A stretch of 64,000 bases of DNA from Heterodontus francisci (taxonomy: Eukaryota), in NCBI RefSeq assembly GCF_036365525.1, contig NC_090402.1:32605412-32669411 (forward strand). Direction: 5' to 3'. The notes below the pieces were generated by a model, which did no database searches, had not been told where the DNA came from, and worked only from the letters and a program-made list of their open reading frames with translations. Shown piece by piece: positions 37,531-49,735 of the stretch; positions within the stretch are counted from its first letter, which is position 1, and each line of letters opens with the position of its first letter. The position numbers and the translations under genes were made by a program.

Positions 37531-37539
37531 CTAAATTTT

Positions 37540-37655
37540 AGCATTTCCTAAATTACAACAGTAAAGACACTTCAAAAGTACATCCTTGGCTGCGAATGCT
37601 TCTGGACATCTTGTGATTGTGAAAGGTGCTATATAAATGCAAGTGCATTCTTTAT
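37540..37655 (+). mobile_element. Deu-SINE/L2-type 3' tail
   Basis: ttacaacagtaaagacacttcaaaagtac..gaaaggtgctatataaatgcaag. Confidence 0.7.
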
Positions 37656-37657
37656 TC

Positions 37658-38700
37658 CACAGGAGTTCCTCAGGGTAGTGTCCTAGGCCCAACCATCTTC
37701 AGCTGCTTCATCAATGACCTTCCTTCAATCATAAGGTCAGAAGTGGGGATGTTTGCTGATGATTGCACAATGCTCAGCACCATTTGCGACTCATCAGATA
37801 CTGAAGCAGTCTGTGTAGAAATGCAGCAGGACCTGGACAATATCCAGGCTTGGGCTGATAACTGGCAAGTAACATCTGTGCCACACAAGTGCCAGGCAAT
37901 GATCATCTCCAACATGAGAGAATCCAACCATCTCCCTTTGACATTCAATGGCATTACCATCGCTGAATCCCCCACTATCAACATCCTGGGGGTTACCATT
38001 GACCAGAAACTGAACTGGAGTAACGATATGGGCAGCACAGTGGTGCTGTGGTTAGCACCGCAGCCTCACAGCTCCAGCGACCCGGGTTTAGTTCTGGGTA
38101 CTGCCTGTGTGGAGTTTGCAAGTTCTCCCTGTGACTGTGTGGGTTTCTGCTGGGTGCTCTGGTTTCCTCCCACAGCCAAAGACTTGCAGGTTGATTGGTA
38201 AATTGGCCATTGTAAATCGCCCCTAGTGTAGGTAGATGGTGGGGATGTGGTAGGGAATATGGGATTAATGTAGGATTAGTATAAATGGGTGGTTGTTGGT
38301 TGGCACAGACTCAGTGGGCCGAAGGGCCTATTTCAGTGCTGTATCTCTAAATAAAATAAATATATATACTGTGGCTACAAGAGCAGGTCAGAGGCTAGGA
38401 ATCCTGCAGCAAGTAACTCACCTCCTGACACCTCCTGAAAGCCTGTCCATCACTGACAGGCACAAGTCAGGAGTGTGATGGAATACTCTCCACTTGCCTG
38501 GATGGGTGCAGCTCCAACAACACTCAAGAAGCTTGACACCATCCAGGACAAAGCAGCCCTGTTGATTGGCACCCCATCCACTAACATTCACTCCCTCCAT
38601 CACCAGTCCACAGTGGCAGCAGTGTGTACCATCAACAAGATGGAATGTACCAAGGCTTCTTAGACAGCACCTTCCAAACCCATGACCTCTACCACCTGTA
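37658..38700 (+). mobile_element. Family B LINE RT fragment, interrupted by HE1 SINE
   Basis: GVPQGSVLGPTIFSCFINDLP..MFADDC..LGVTIDQKLNW; resumes TVATRAGQRLGIL and MEYSPLAW. Confidence 0.9.
38030..38360 (+). mobile_element. HE1-type V-SINE
   Basis: Same head, V-domain and tail as 37183; (TAAAA)n end. Confidence 0.88.
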
Positions 38701-39890
38701 CTGATCTCCATCCTTTATAACAGAGCTACCCCACCTCCTTTTTCTTTCTTCCTATCCTTCCAAAATGTCAAATACCCTTGAATATTCAGTTGCCAGTCTT
38801 GGTCACCTTGCAACTACGTCTCTGTAATGGCTATCCTATCATACTCATTTGTTTCTATTTGTGCCATCAATTCATCTATCTTGTTATGAATGTTGCATGT
38901 ATTCAGATAAAGAGCCTTTAATTCTGTTTTTTTTTAACCATTTTTCCCTATTCTGACCCTGTTTGCTGGTGCAGCCTTACGTATGTATGCTCTGTTCCTT
39001 CATGTCACACTTTTGTTATCATTACCATATCGCTAACCTGCACTATTGCCTTGTCCTTGTTCTTTAACTTTCCAAATCTGCCCTCACTTGAACCCGCCCC
39101 CCTACTATTTAGTTTAAAGCCCTCTCTAGAGCCTTCGTTATATGTTTAGTCAAGGACACTGGTCCCAGCGTGGTTCAGGTGAAGGCCATCCCAATCGTAC
39201 AGCTCTCCCTTTCCCCAGTAGTGGTGCCAATGCCCCATGAATCTAAACCCATTTCTCCCACATCAATCTTTGAGCCATGCATTCAACTCTCTGAGCTTAC
39301 TGACCCTATGCCAATTTGCTCATGGCTCAGGTAGTAATCCAAAGATTATTACCTTTGTGGTTCTGCTTTTTAATTTAGCCCCTAGGTGCTCATACTCACT
39401 CAGCAGAACTTCTTTCCTAGTCCTACCTATGTCGTTGGTACCCACATGGACCATGACAACTGGATCCTTCCCCTTCCACTCCAAGTTCCTCTCCAGCTCT
39501 GAAGAGATGTCCCTAACCTGGCACTGGACAGACAACACAGCCTTCGTGACCCATGCTCTCAGCTGCAGAGAACAGTATCTATCCCGCTAACTGTACCGTC
39601 CCCTACTACAACTACATTCTTTTTTACTCCTGCCACTTGAATGGCCCCTGCACCATGGTGCTGTGGTCAGTTTGCTCATCCTCCCTGTAGTCCCTGCTCT
39701 CATCCACACAAGCCACAAGAACATCGAACCTGTGGACAAGTGCGAGGGCTGAAGCTCCTCCAGTGCTACCTTTTGGATCCCCATACCTGCCTCACTCCTA
39801 GTCACACCCTTCTGTCCCTGTCCATGGACCAAATCGGAAGTACTTAGTCTAAGGGATATGACTGCCTCCTGGAACAAAATGTCCAGCTAA
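38700..39890 (-). mobile_element. CR1 fragment: ORF1 (esterase) and start of ORF2
   Basis: ORF 39320-39538 VVMVHVGTNDIGR..KVIIFGLLPEP; near-colinear with 1-480. Confidence 0.88.
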
Positions 39891-39914
39891 CTTTCCCCCT
39901 TTTTAATTTTTAAT

Positions 39915-40635
39915 TGACCTAGCCTCGACAGCTTTCTGCAGAGAGAATTCCAGATTTCCACTACCCTTCATGTGAAGAAGTGCTTTCTGACATCACCCCT
40001 CAATGGTGAATTTTAAAGTTATGTCCCCTTGTTCTCCACTCTCCTACCAGAGTTAATAATTTCCCTCTCTTTCTACCCTATCAACTCCTTTACCTATCTT
40101 AAACACTTCAATTAGATCACCCCTTAATCTTCTATATTTAGGGGAATACAAGACTCGAACATACATAATTTAACTTTTTTAGCGCTGGTATCATTCTCTT
40201 GACTCTAAGGGGAGATGGTGGTGTAGTAGTAATTCGGAGGGTTCAAATCCCGCCATGGCAGTTGGTGGAATTTAAATTCAATTAATTAATTTTAAAAATC
40301 TGGAATTGAAAACTAGTCTCGGTAATAGTGCCATGAAACGATCACTGATTGTCATAAAAACCCATCTGGTTCATTAATGTCCTTTAGGGAAGGAAATCTG
40401 CTGTCCTTACCTGGTCTGGCCTACATGTGCCTCCAGAGCCACAGCAATGTGGCTGACTCTTAATTGCTCTCTGAAATGGCCTAGGAAGGCACTCAGTTGT
40501 CAAGAGCAATTAGGGATGGGCAACAAATTTTGGCCCTGCCGGCAACAGCCACATCCTATGAAAGAATTTTTTTTAAATCTGTGCTGCACCCATTCCAAGG
40601 ACAACATATTCTTCCTGAGGTGTTGTGGTCTGATT
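39915..40635 (-). mobile_element. Old CR1 3' fragment split by a SINE
   Basis: agagagaattccagat..attagatcaccccttaatcttct; resumes aatctgtgctgcacccattccaagg. Confidence 0.7.
40210..40572 (+). mobile_element. tRNA-headed SINE (family B head+tail), near complete
   Basis: A box TGGTGTAGTAG, B box GGTTCAAATCC, body, then ctcagttg|tcaagagcaattagggatggg tail. Confidence 0.88.
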
Positions 40636-40927
40636 GGGACCTGAAGTGAAAATGTACATAGTGGCATCAAATTATCATTTCACAGAGGAGTAAAAACAAG
40701 AGTGGGAAAAGCCTGGAGATGAAAAACAGGAACAGAAGCAGCCAGGAGAAAAAAGTAGGAACGAGAGCAGCCTGCAACAGCGATGGGTTGATTTTGTTTT
40801 TAAATGGGTCTAGAGGAAGCAGCACCAGAATGGAACTTGGGCAAGGAGAGAGGGTGTGGTGGCAGAACAGAAGCTAGTCTTAAGAGTTGGATTTTTAAAT
40901 TCTCCAGATCAGAAGTTTTGCAATGCA

Positions 40928-41463
40928 CCCAAGCAGCTCTGTAACACAGGAGTCTGGGCTCTACGGGCTGTTCCCAGGGACGCACACCGAGACAAACATC
41001 AACTGCTGCTGGAGGACTATCAATTCGGTGAAAGACGCCCTTTGGTCTGCCCGAAACTTGCTGGTCTTCCAGCGAAGAGTTGTCCACCACCGAATGTTGC
41101 AGACTGGCACATTCCAAGGTCCAGGACTACGTGCTGAGGGACGCACTAAAGCTTGGGGCAGCCGCAGCAAAGGCTCAATGGGGAAAGACCACAGTGTAAG
41201 GTCCCCCCACCAAGCTGAACTGAGGGGCTGGATCCATGGGAAACCCCTCGAACTGTATCGTTGATATTTTCATTTGCTGTAAATGTGAAACTGTAATTGG
41301 CATGACAATAGTGAACTGGAAGGGTTGTGAAGAAACTCATGATAGTATAGAAGGAAACTGATCTCCCTTGCAATGTTTTGTATTTTTTGGTGCTGTTTGA
41401 AACTGCTTGGCAATGTAATTTTTGCAGATTTTTATGAATAAAGTATATTTTGGGGGAAAAAAA
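40928..41463 (+). mobile_element. L1/Tx1-clade LINE 3' fragment
   Basis: LYGLFPG..CCWRTINSVKDALWSARN (L1/Tx1 ORF2 C-terminus); AATAAA and A-tail; 17-bp TSD AGAAGTTTTGCAATGCA (40911-40927, 41464-41480). Confidence 0.88.
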
Positions 41464-41874
41464 AGAAGTTTTGCAATGCAGTCTCTTACTCCTGTGAGAC
41501 TTCCACAGCCTGGCACCTGCATGCTATTCAGTGAATGTACTGCAAGCTATATCACCCTATAGTGTCAGATTCATATTTCTTATGTCCAGATTCACAAATG
41601 TGAATCTCTAAAAAGACCTGCAATTAAAAATTTGATATATTTTCTTCAAAGCCTATTGCTAGGCCTTTCTTCATTAGTACTGATGTGCTTGACCGAAAAA
41701 CCTAGCAAGTGGTGATGAATAATCCTACATTGTTCAAGTGGGATGAAATTGGACTGTGCATCAACACACTTTATTGAAATTCCTCAGTACAGTATTTTAA
41801 CAAAGATGTTAACCATTTGAAATGTTCTTACATTGTCGGCCCATGCCATCCCTTGTTCCAGCTAAGTTGAATGC

Positions 41875-41940
41875 ATAGAGTCATAGAGAGGTACAGTATA
41901 AAAACAGGCCCTTCGGCCCACCGAGTCTGTGCCGACCAAC
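41875..41940 (-). mobile_element. HE1/CR1 3' tail fragment
   Basis: aacaggcccttcggcccaccgagtctgtgccgacc. Confidence 0.75.
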
Positions 41941-42049
41941 ATGCCAAGCATAAGCTTGGTACAGAGTCAGTGCTCGAGCTCCTATTTGTGCCTGTAGCCT
42001 AAATTCAGCAGAATTCATAGGCCAACACATTTCAGATACATGCGTTGTG

Positions 42050-42860
42050 ATCCGTGGTGGGGGGGGCGGCGACCCTGAAGATGGATCCGGATGAGGCCTG
42101 CCATGGACCTTGACACCAGCAGGGCCAAGCCCGATCCTCCTGGCAGCAGCGAGGTTCCATGATAGCACCCCCCTGCCGTTGAGCGACGAGATCATAATTA
42201 ACATATTCAAATCGATAAATTGAATACATTTCTAGAGGGCCCGCCACAATCTTCGGCATGGCGGCTGGCACTCTCGCGCCTTCAGATCTCTGTCCGGGGA
42301 AACGAGGAATGACACTGATGGAGAGGTGGGGGTTGAGGTAAGTTTATCAGTGCGGGGGTGGGGGTAACGGGGTCAAATACGCGTAATGGGAGTAGGGGAT
42401 GGAGGGAAGGGTTGCACCTTAAACTTGAGGGGGGAAGTTCAGATGTAAAAGGCAAGTGTTTGGGGGGGAAGAGCAAATACTTACTGTAATTGTTATTGGT
42501 GGGGTGGGAAAGAAGCATAAGAAATTTATTTATTTACTATTGGGGGGAACACTTTAAAAATTAAAAATGCCAGCAGGACTGGCTGCCCTTTAAAAATGGC
42601 ACAGGCAGATGACGCCATTGCCGGCAACGGACAGCCCGCCCCCTCCACCTGATTGGAGGGGTGGGTGGGCTGCCCTGGCTATTTAAATGAGCTGCTGCGC
42701 TTAAGATCGTGGCAGGTCTTTGGCGTGCGGCCAGCACAAGTGGGCTGCCATTTTTTGAGCTCGCCGCCGCTCATAAAACCCTGCCGACAGTATTCCCCAT
42801 GTGGGACCAGACCAATATGGAGACAGGAAGAGGGCCGGGTAAGTGGACTAACTTTATTTT
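42050..42860. mobile_element. GC/CpG-rich unclassified repeat, probably DNA-transposon relic
   Basis: CpG-rich block in AT-rich context with aaaatggc/gccatttt and atttaaat motifs seen in other TIR-type elements here. Confidence 0.4.
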
Positions 42861-43489
42861 CCAATTTTCTGACAGTTCCATATTTTCTTGCTTGAATCTA
42901 GCAGCATTGGTTAAGGACGCAATCCAGTTCGTAGATATTTTCAGTAATTATTCTAATCAGAAAGACAGATATGAAGCATTTGACACCTGTAATTCTGTGC
43001 ATGATGATCCCACCAACTCAGTTTATCTTCTAATGGTACAAAAATGGAAAAATCTCCTTAATACTTATTATTTTATTTTAATCAGTCTGGTAGGGGAGCA
43101 GGGCCATTTCAGACCTCAGGGGGTGTCATTCCTGCCCTTTTGCGTGTCACCCAGACCCAATTAAGGGTTTCATGATCAGGGTCATGAGCCAAGGTCAACG
43201 GCGGAACCAGCAAGTTTTCGGTGGTGATGTCGGAAGAGTTGGAACCTCAAGGGGTAATGGTTGCTTACAGGCAGAGGATCCTTCAGGAAAATGACTTGTG
43301 TTTTCCTTTAAAGCACTCCATGAGGAAGGCAATGGAAAACCATCTCATGTACGTTTTCCCTAGTATTTTTTGCTCATTTCTCTTGGAAGTCAAAAATGGG
43401 CGGATCTTATGAACAACTGAAGAGGAAAGCGCAGGACCGTGAGGCGTGGAGAAATGAGCAGAGGACCTGTCCTTGGGCAGATCACCACT

Positions 43490-43855
43490 ACTGCATCCTG
43501 CAGGCTTGAGTAAATAATCCAGGCTGACATTGTGCTGTACTGAGGGAGCGCTCATTTGCTGAGATGTTGTCTTTCACGCCATACATTAAACCATGGCACT
43601 GCCTGTCCTCTCTGGTGGTTGCAATATATCCCAAGGCACGATTTGACAAAGAGCAGGGGATTTCTCTGGCCAATATTATCCTTCAACCAACACCATTAAA
43701 ACAGCTATGTGATCATTTATTTCACTATTGTTTGTGGAACCTTGCTGAACACAGATTGGCTGAATTACAACAGTGTATATTACAACACTTGAAAAGTACT
43801 TAAATGTCTGTGGCACATTTTGAGGACACGAAAGGTACTAATAAATTTCAAATTC
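43490..43855 (+). mobile_element. Deu-domain SINE relic
   Basis: ataatccaggctgacatt..tgtactgagggag..gagcagggg..ggccaatatt..ttgtttgtggaaccttgctg. Confidence 0.8.
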
Positions 43856-45784
43856 CATCTTCTATTTATATATATTAAAAAAATTCTAAATTACTTTGGC
43901 CGCAACTGCTGTATGGTAGTAAGCTCCCAAATGCCCGGAAATGCACAAAAAAAGAGTCAAAGGTCAAACACTTGATCCTTCAAAATTTCCAAACCTGCCA
44001 TTTCAAATTTGCTGCTTTAGTTTTCTTCCCCTTAATACAACTGCTAGAATATTGGATATGGTTTCAGCTTTCGCTAGGGCATGACTAGGGCGTGTCCCTC
44101 GTGTCCCCCATTGTCACTGCTTTTATTGAAGATCATACGGAAAGTTTTAAGTTTCAGTCTTCAGAGAAAAACAAACTAAATTGCACAATGAAATTCCCAA
44201 ACACAAATAATACCCAGGAAATCAGTGTAGTTAAAAAGGAATTTAATTTATTCAGTTGCCTTAAAGTGATAGGCTCAGTTGCAGGCCACTATTCCAGGTT
44301 GTGTTTCAGCTGTACGTTTGTTTTGTGTTGTCAGTTGTTTTGAAGCTGCTCATCGGGTTTTCTGAGTTTTGTAAGTTGGCATTTATGTAGCCATAATATA
44401 GAGGGGCAAGTACATTCCAGCATCAAAGAACATTTGAAAGATGTTATTAATCCATTTTGACTACTACAATAACAAAGCTCTATCAACTCCACTTAGTCCT
44501 TTCATGACGCATTTAAACAAATTTCAAGCAAAACAGGTTGAACCAATATTTTTGGTTGGTTTTGCACGATTCCTGTAAATTTCTGGTGAGCTCTGTCTTG
44601 AATGGATTATGATGGAATGAGGCCCTTGAATTCGAAGTGGCAATGAGCAGAAAGATCCGTTTAAGTAACCTGTTTATATCACTGTTACAAACAGAAATAG
44701 CATTTACTGAAAGCATGTTTTTCAGGATAATGTTAAACTTTTCTGTCTTGCTTTTAAAGCTGGAGACAGGAAGTTTTAAATTGATCAATTGTAACACTTC
44801 ATTCGGAACAAAGAACAATGACTTATTGGGGCATATTGGGAATTTTTGGATAGTTTCTGTTGGCCAATAGAAAGTATGTACCCTGTTGCAATTAAGAAAG
44901 TTGTTTCAACACAAAGTTCCTCTACATTGTTTTTCTTATTTTTTTCATGCTCTTTTTAATGTTTAACTTACACTTATTTAAATAGGACAGAATGTGTGAG
45001 ATGATGAAATGGCTTTATGTTATTAATTGACTCATGATAGGACAAATTACCAATCATTTGACCATTAATCACTGACATACAAGTGTAAATTGTTTAGAGG
45101 ACTTGGAGGACAGTTATCTCAATATGAAAGCACCACCAAAGCACGATACTCAGCAAAATCCAAGATGGATCACTCAGTCAGTGTAACAATTGACAGATAA
45201 AATAGGCTTATACTAATTGGGTCATCTGACAGAAAAATTCAACTGGCTGCAAAATTATCAAATTACAGGTACTTTCAAATGAGAATAAGAGTTAAAAATT
45301 CAGAGACTTATCAATCATGAATGTTGCCCTCTGCCAAACCTTGTTGTGAAGAAACCCAGGGGCTGAAAGCAAAAAGCATTCAAGGGCACTCCTTAACTCA
45401 TGTAACAGTGGGCTGAAATTGCCTAAATACAACAGGTCCTCATCTAATATTGTAATTTGCATCAGTCAGTAGCTTAAAAGAGGCCTGTGTCAGGAGCTGT
45501 TGGGACTCTCAATGTTAGCAGTTTCTATGTTAAAGTCTATCAGATATGTATTTGGCACCACAAATGGCTTTTTCCAGGGCGAAAGCATGGAACAATTTGG
45601 GATGCAGAAATTGGGAAATTCACAGTTAGTTGGAGTTTGTATGATTGGTAAGCATTCTTTATCAACCATGCTCGAATATAAAATAAATTAACACAGGACA
45701 AAACTGTCTTGAAAAAGGTTAATTAATTTTAAGTGCCATTTCCTTTTAGTTGGAGAGCCTAATAATTGTCAAACTGATACCACC

Positions 45785-46175
45785 TTTTTTATTCATTCAT
45801 AGGATGTGGGCATTGCTGGCTAGGCCAATGTTTATTGCCCATCCCTAATTGCCCTTGAGCAGGTGGCAGTCTTGTTAACTACTGCAGTCCATGTGGTGTA
45901 GGTACACCCACAGAACTCTTAGGGAGGGAGTTCCAGGATTTTGACCCAGCGATGGTGAAGGAATGACGATATATTTCCAAGTCAGGAGGGTGTGTGACAT
46001 GGAGGGTGGTGGTGTTCCCATACATCTGCTGCCCTTGTTCTTCTAGGTGGGAGAGGCTGCAGGTTTGAAAGGTGCTGTCAAAGGAGGTTTGGCGAGTTGC
46101 TGCAGTGCATCTTGTAGATGGTACACACTGCACCCACAGTGTGCTGGTGGTGGAGGGAGCGGATGTTTAAGTTGG
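45785..46175 (-). mobile_element. Family B LINE 3' tail
   Basis: attcattcataggatgtgggcattgctggctaggcc..; ORF 46078-46266 AVCTIYKMHCSNSP. Confidence 0.85.
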
Positions 46176-47584
46176 TCGATGGATATCTGTGGTACAAAAT
46201 GCAACACATGGGCAAAAACAAAACTTTAGGTCCTGATTCAGGTGAATTCATTGAAAAATTCTTCATGTAAATATTCGTACATACACAATTAAATATCTTG
46301 TATGGTTGATAATGGGAGGAAGAGCAGGCCCATCTGCAGAATAGATGAAAGAAGAAGTAAGTTGCTTATCTTCACAAGCTTAAAGTCTGTGACTACATCA
46401 TTCAGGAAACCATTAGGCCTGTCTTGTTCTTTCCCCATTCTTGACAGTTTGTACTGCCCTCTCAGTCTTCAAGTTAAGACCTGTGAAAGTTTACAACTAT
46501 AATTGTGAGAAAACTGCAGACAGTGAGTATATAATGCCATGACATCTGTACTTTTGTAACTGCATCAATATTCGTGTAACTTGAAGTCTATATTTAAGTA
46601 TCGGAAATTACTTGATAGTTTTTTCTGACATGAATGGTTGTATGATTGACATTTGGAGGCAGTGTGCTAAAATGGCTGAAGAATATACAATACATTGTTT
46701 TGAAGCTCTTCAGTTTTTCCTTGGTTTTATTTATATTCACAAGATATGGGCAATGCTGGCAAGGCTGCATTTATTTGCCATCTCTTGTTCTGGGAAGCAC
46801 TAAGAGAGGAGATAAACTAGTTTTAAAAGGAGTGACAGTGAGGGAAAAGCCCCAGTCAACCCAAAAGCACTGAGAGAGTAACTGTCGAGCACAAAAAACC
46901 AAGGATTCTCGGAGTTCTGAAAGAGTGAAGACGATGTTGAGGTCACAGTGAGCACGCAGTTGGAGCTCTGAGGGTGAGTAAACAGAAAATCATTTCTTTC
47001 CTTTTTTAAAAATGTTAAGAGAACCCAGAGGTAAGGAGAGTGGGCCTGAAGGAGTTCTGGGGCAGAGCGGAAGAGCAGCAGGAGCCCAAATGAAACGTGA
47101 GGGAGTGGGAACGAGGTTTTTTTTTTTTTAAAATGATATCAGCAGAAGGAAAGGTGCTCATTGGTGAGAAACTGTTCAGTTTTTTTTTAATATTACTCTT
47201 TAATAAGTCTTTAGTTTATTTCTGTTAAATTTTAGTTAGTCTAATGAATAGTGGCATGGCAGGGCACTTCAGTCCCGTGGAATGCGCATCCATGTGAGAA
47301 CTCCAGCACACTCCTCGTGTTGTGGACAACTAGATGTGCAGGAAGTGTTGGCATCTGGGGCAGTTCGAGCTTCAGGCTTCGGAGATTCAGCAACATCCGT
47401 GAGGCTGAGAGTCATGTGGATAGCATGTTGCTGGATCTGGTCATCCCGCTTAAGAAATGGAATGGGTGACTGCCAGACTGTCAAGGAGGACCAGGCAGAT
47501 AGTGCAGGAGTCCCTTGAGTGTATCTCACTGTCCAACCAGTATTCAGTTATAAATACTGGTGAGAGTGATGGTTCCTCTGGGAA

Positions 47585-49735
47585 ACATACGAATTAAGAG
47601 CAGGAGTAGGTCACGTGTCCCCTCGAGCCTGCTTCGCCATTAAATAAGATCATGGCTGATCTGATTGTAAACTCAACTCCACAATCATGCCTACCTCTGA
47701 TAACTTTTCACCTCCTTGCTTATCAAAAATCTATCTACCTCTGCCTTAAAAATATTTAATGACTCTGCTTCTGCAATCCTTTATTTTTAAATAGTGACCC
47801 ATAGTTCTAGATACTCTCACAAGTGGAAACATCCTTTCCACATCCACCCTGTCATGACCCCTCAGGATCTTATATGTTACAATCAAGTCACCTCTTACTC
47901 TTCTAAACTCCAGCAGATACAAGCCTAGCCTGTCCAACCTTTCCTCATAAGACAACCTGCCCATTCCAGGTATTAGTCTAGTAAACCTTCTTTGAACTGC
48001 TTCCAATGCATTTACATCCTTCCTGAAATAAGATCAATACTGTACACAGTACTCCAGATGAGGTCTCACCAATGCCCTGTATAACTGAAGCATAACCTCC
48101 CTACTTTTGTATTCAATTCTCCTTGCAATAAATGATAACATTCTAGTAGCTTTCCTAATTACTCACTGAACCTGAGCAGCACAGTGGTGCAGTGGTTATT
48201 ACCATGGCCTCAGCTCCAGCAACCCAGGTTCAGTTCTGGACACTGTCTGTACGGAGCTTTGCTAATTCTCCCTGTAACTGCATGGGTTTCCACTGGGTGC
48301 TCTGGTTTCCTCCCACAGCCAAAGACTTGCAGGTTGATAGGTAAATTGTCCCTAGTGTAGGTAGGTGGTAGGAGAATGGTGGGGATGTGGTACGGAATAT
48401 GGGGTTAATGTAAGATTAGTATAAATGGGTGGTTGTTGGTCAGCACAGACTCAGTGGGCTAAAGGGTCTGTTTCAGTGCTCTCTCTCTCTCTCTCTCTCT
48501 ATAACCTGCAATAATAACCTTTTGTGATTCATGCATGAAGACACTTAGAGCAATCTGCAATCTCTCACCATTTAGATAATACGCTTTTTCATTCTTCCTG
48601 CCAAAATAGACAATTTCACATTTTTCCGCATTATACTTCATTTGCCAGATCTTTGCCCACTCACTTAACCAATCTATATCCCTTTGCAGCCTCCTTATGT
48701 CCTCTTCACAACTTATTTTCCTACCTATCTTTGTTATCAGCAAATTTAGCAACAATACCTTTGGTTCCTTCCTTATAAATTGTTAAAAGTTGAGGCCCCA
48801 GTACTGATCCCTGCGGTATACCACTCATTACGTCTCGCCAACCAGAAAATGAGCCTTTTATGCCTACTCTCTGTTTCCTGTTAGCTAGCCAATCTTCTAT
48901 CCATGCCAATATGTTACCTCCTATACCATGCGCTTTTATTTTCCACAATAATCTTTGATGTGACACCTTATCAAATGGCTTCTGGAAATCTAAGTACAGT
49001 AGATCCACTCATTCCCCTTTATCCACAGCACATGTTACTTCTTCAAAGAACTCTAATAAATTGGTTAAACATGATTTCCCGTTCACAAAACCATGTTGAC
49101 TCTGCCTGATTACCTTGAATTTTTCTAAGTGCCCTGTTATAACATCTTTAATAATAGCTTCTAACATTTTCCCTACAAAAGATATTAAGTTAACTGGCCT
49201 GTAGTTTCCTGCTTTCTGTCTCCCTCCCTTTTTGAATAAAGGAGTTACATTGGCTATTTTTCAATTTAATGGAACCTTCCCCGAATCTAGGGAATTTTGG
49301 AAAATTAAAACCAAAGTATAAACTATATCACTAGCCACTTCTTTTAAGACCCTAGGATGAAGTACATCAGGACCCGGGGACTTGTCAGCCCGCAGCTCCA
49401 ACAATTTGCTTAGTACCACTTCCCTGGTGATTGTAATTTTCTTGAGGTTCTCCCTCCCTTCCATTTCCTGATTTACAGCTATTTCTGGGATGTTATTTGT
49501 ATCCTCTATAGTGAAGACCAATGCAAAATACCTGCTGAATTCATCTGCCATTTCCTTATTTTCCCTTATTAATTCCCCAGACTTACTTCCAAAGAACCAA
49601 TGCTCACTTAGTCAACTCTTTTTTAATATCTATGGAAACTCTTACTATCTATTTTTATATTTCTAACTAGCTTTCTCTCATACTCTCTTTTTTCCTTCCT
49701 TATCAATTGTTTAGTCATTCTTTGCTGTTCTTTAG
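47585..49735 (-). mobile_element. CR1 LINE ORF2 3' half
   Basis: ORFs 49261-49551 (KSPGPD), 48721-49008 (YLDFQK..GIPQGSVLGP..KFAD), 47746-48006; tail at 47585. Confidence 0.92.
48176..48501 (+). mobile_element. HE1-type V-SINE with (CT)n tail, nested in CR1
   Basis: Head/V-domain as above; probable TSD AACCTG on both sides. Confidence 0.88.

Noticed and set aside
44092-44870. ORFs in unique AT-rich DNA as exons of a host gene
   Set aside because: No recognisable protein similarity or consistent splice pairs; small exons cannot be excluded
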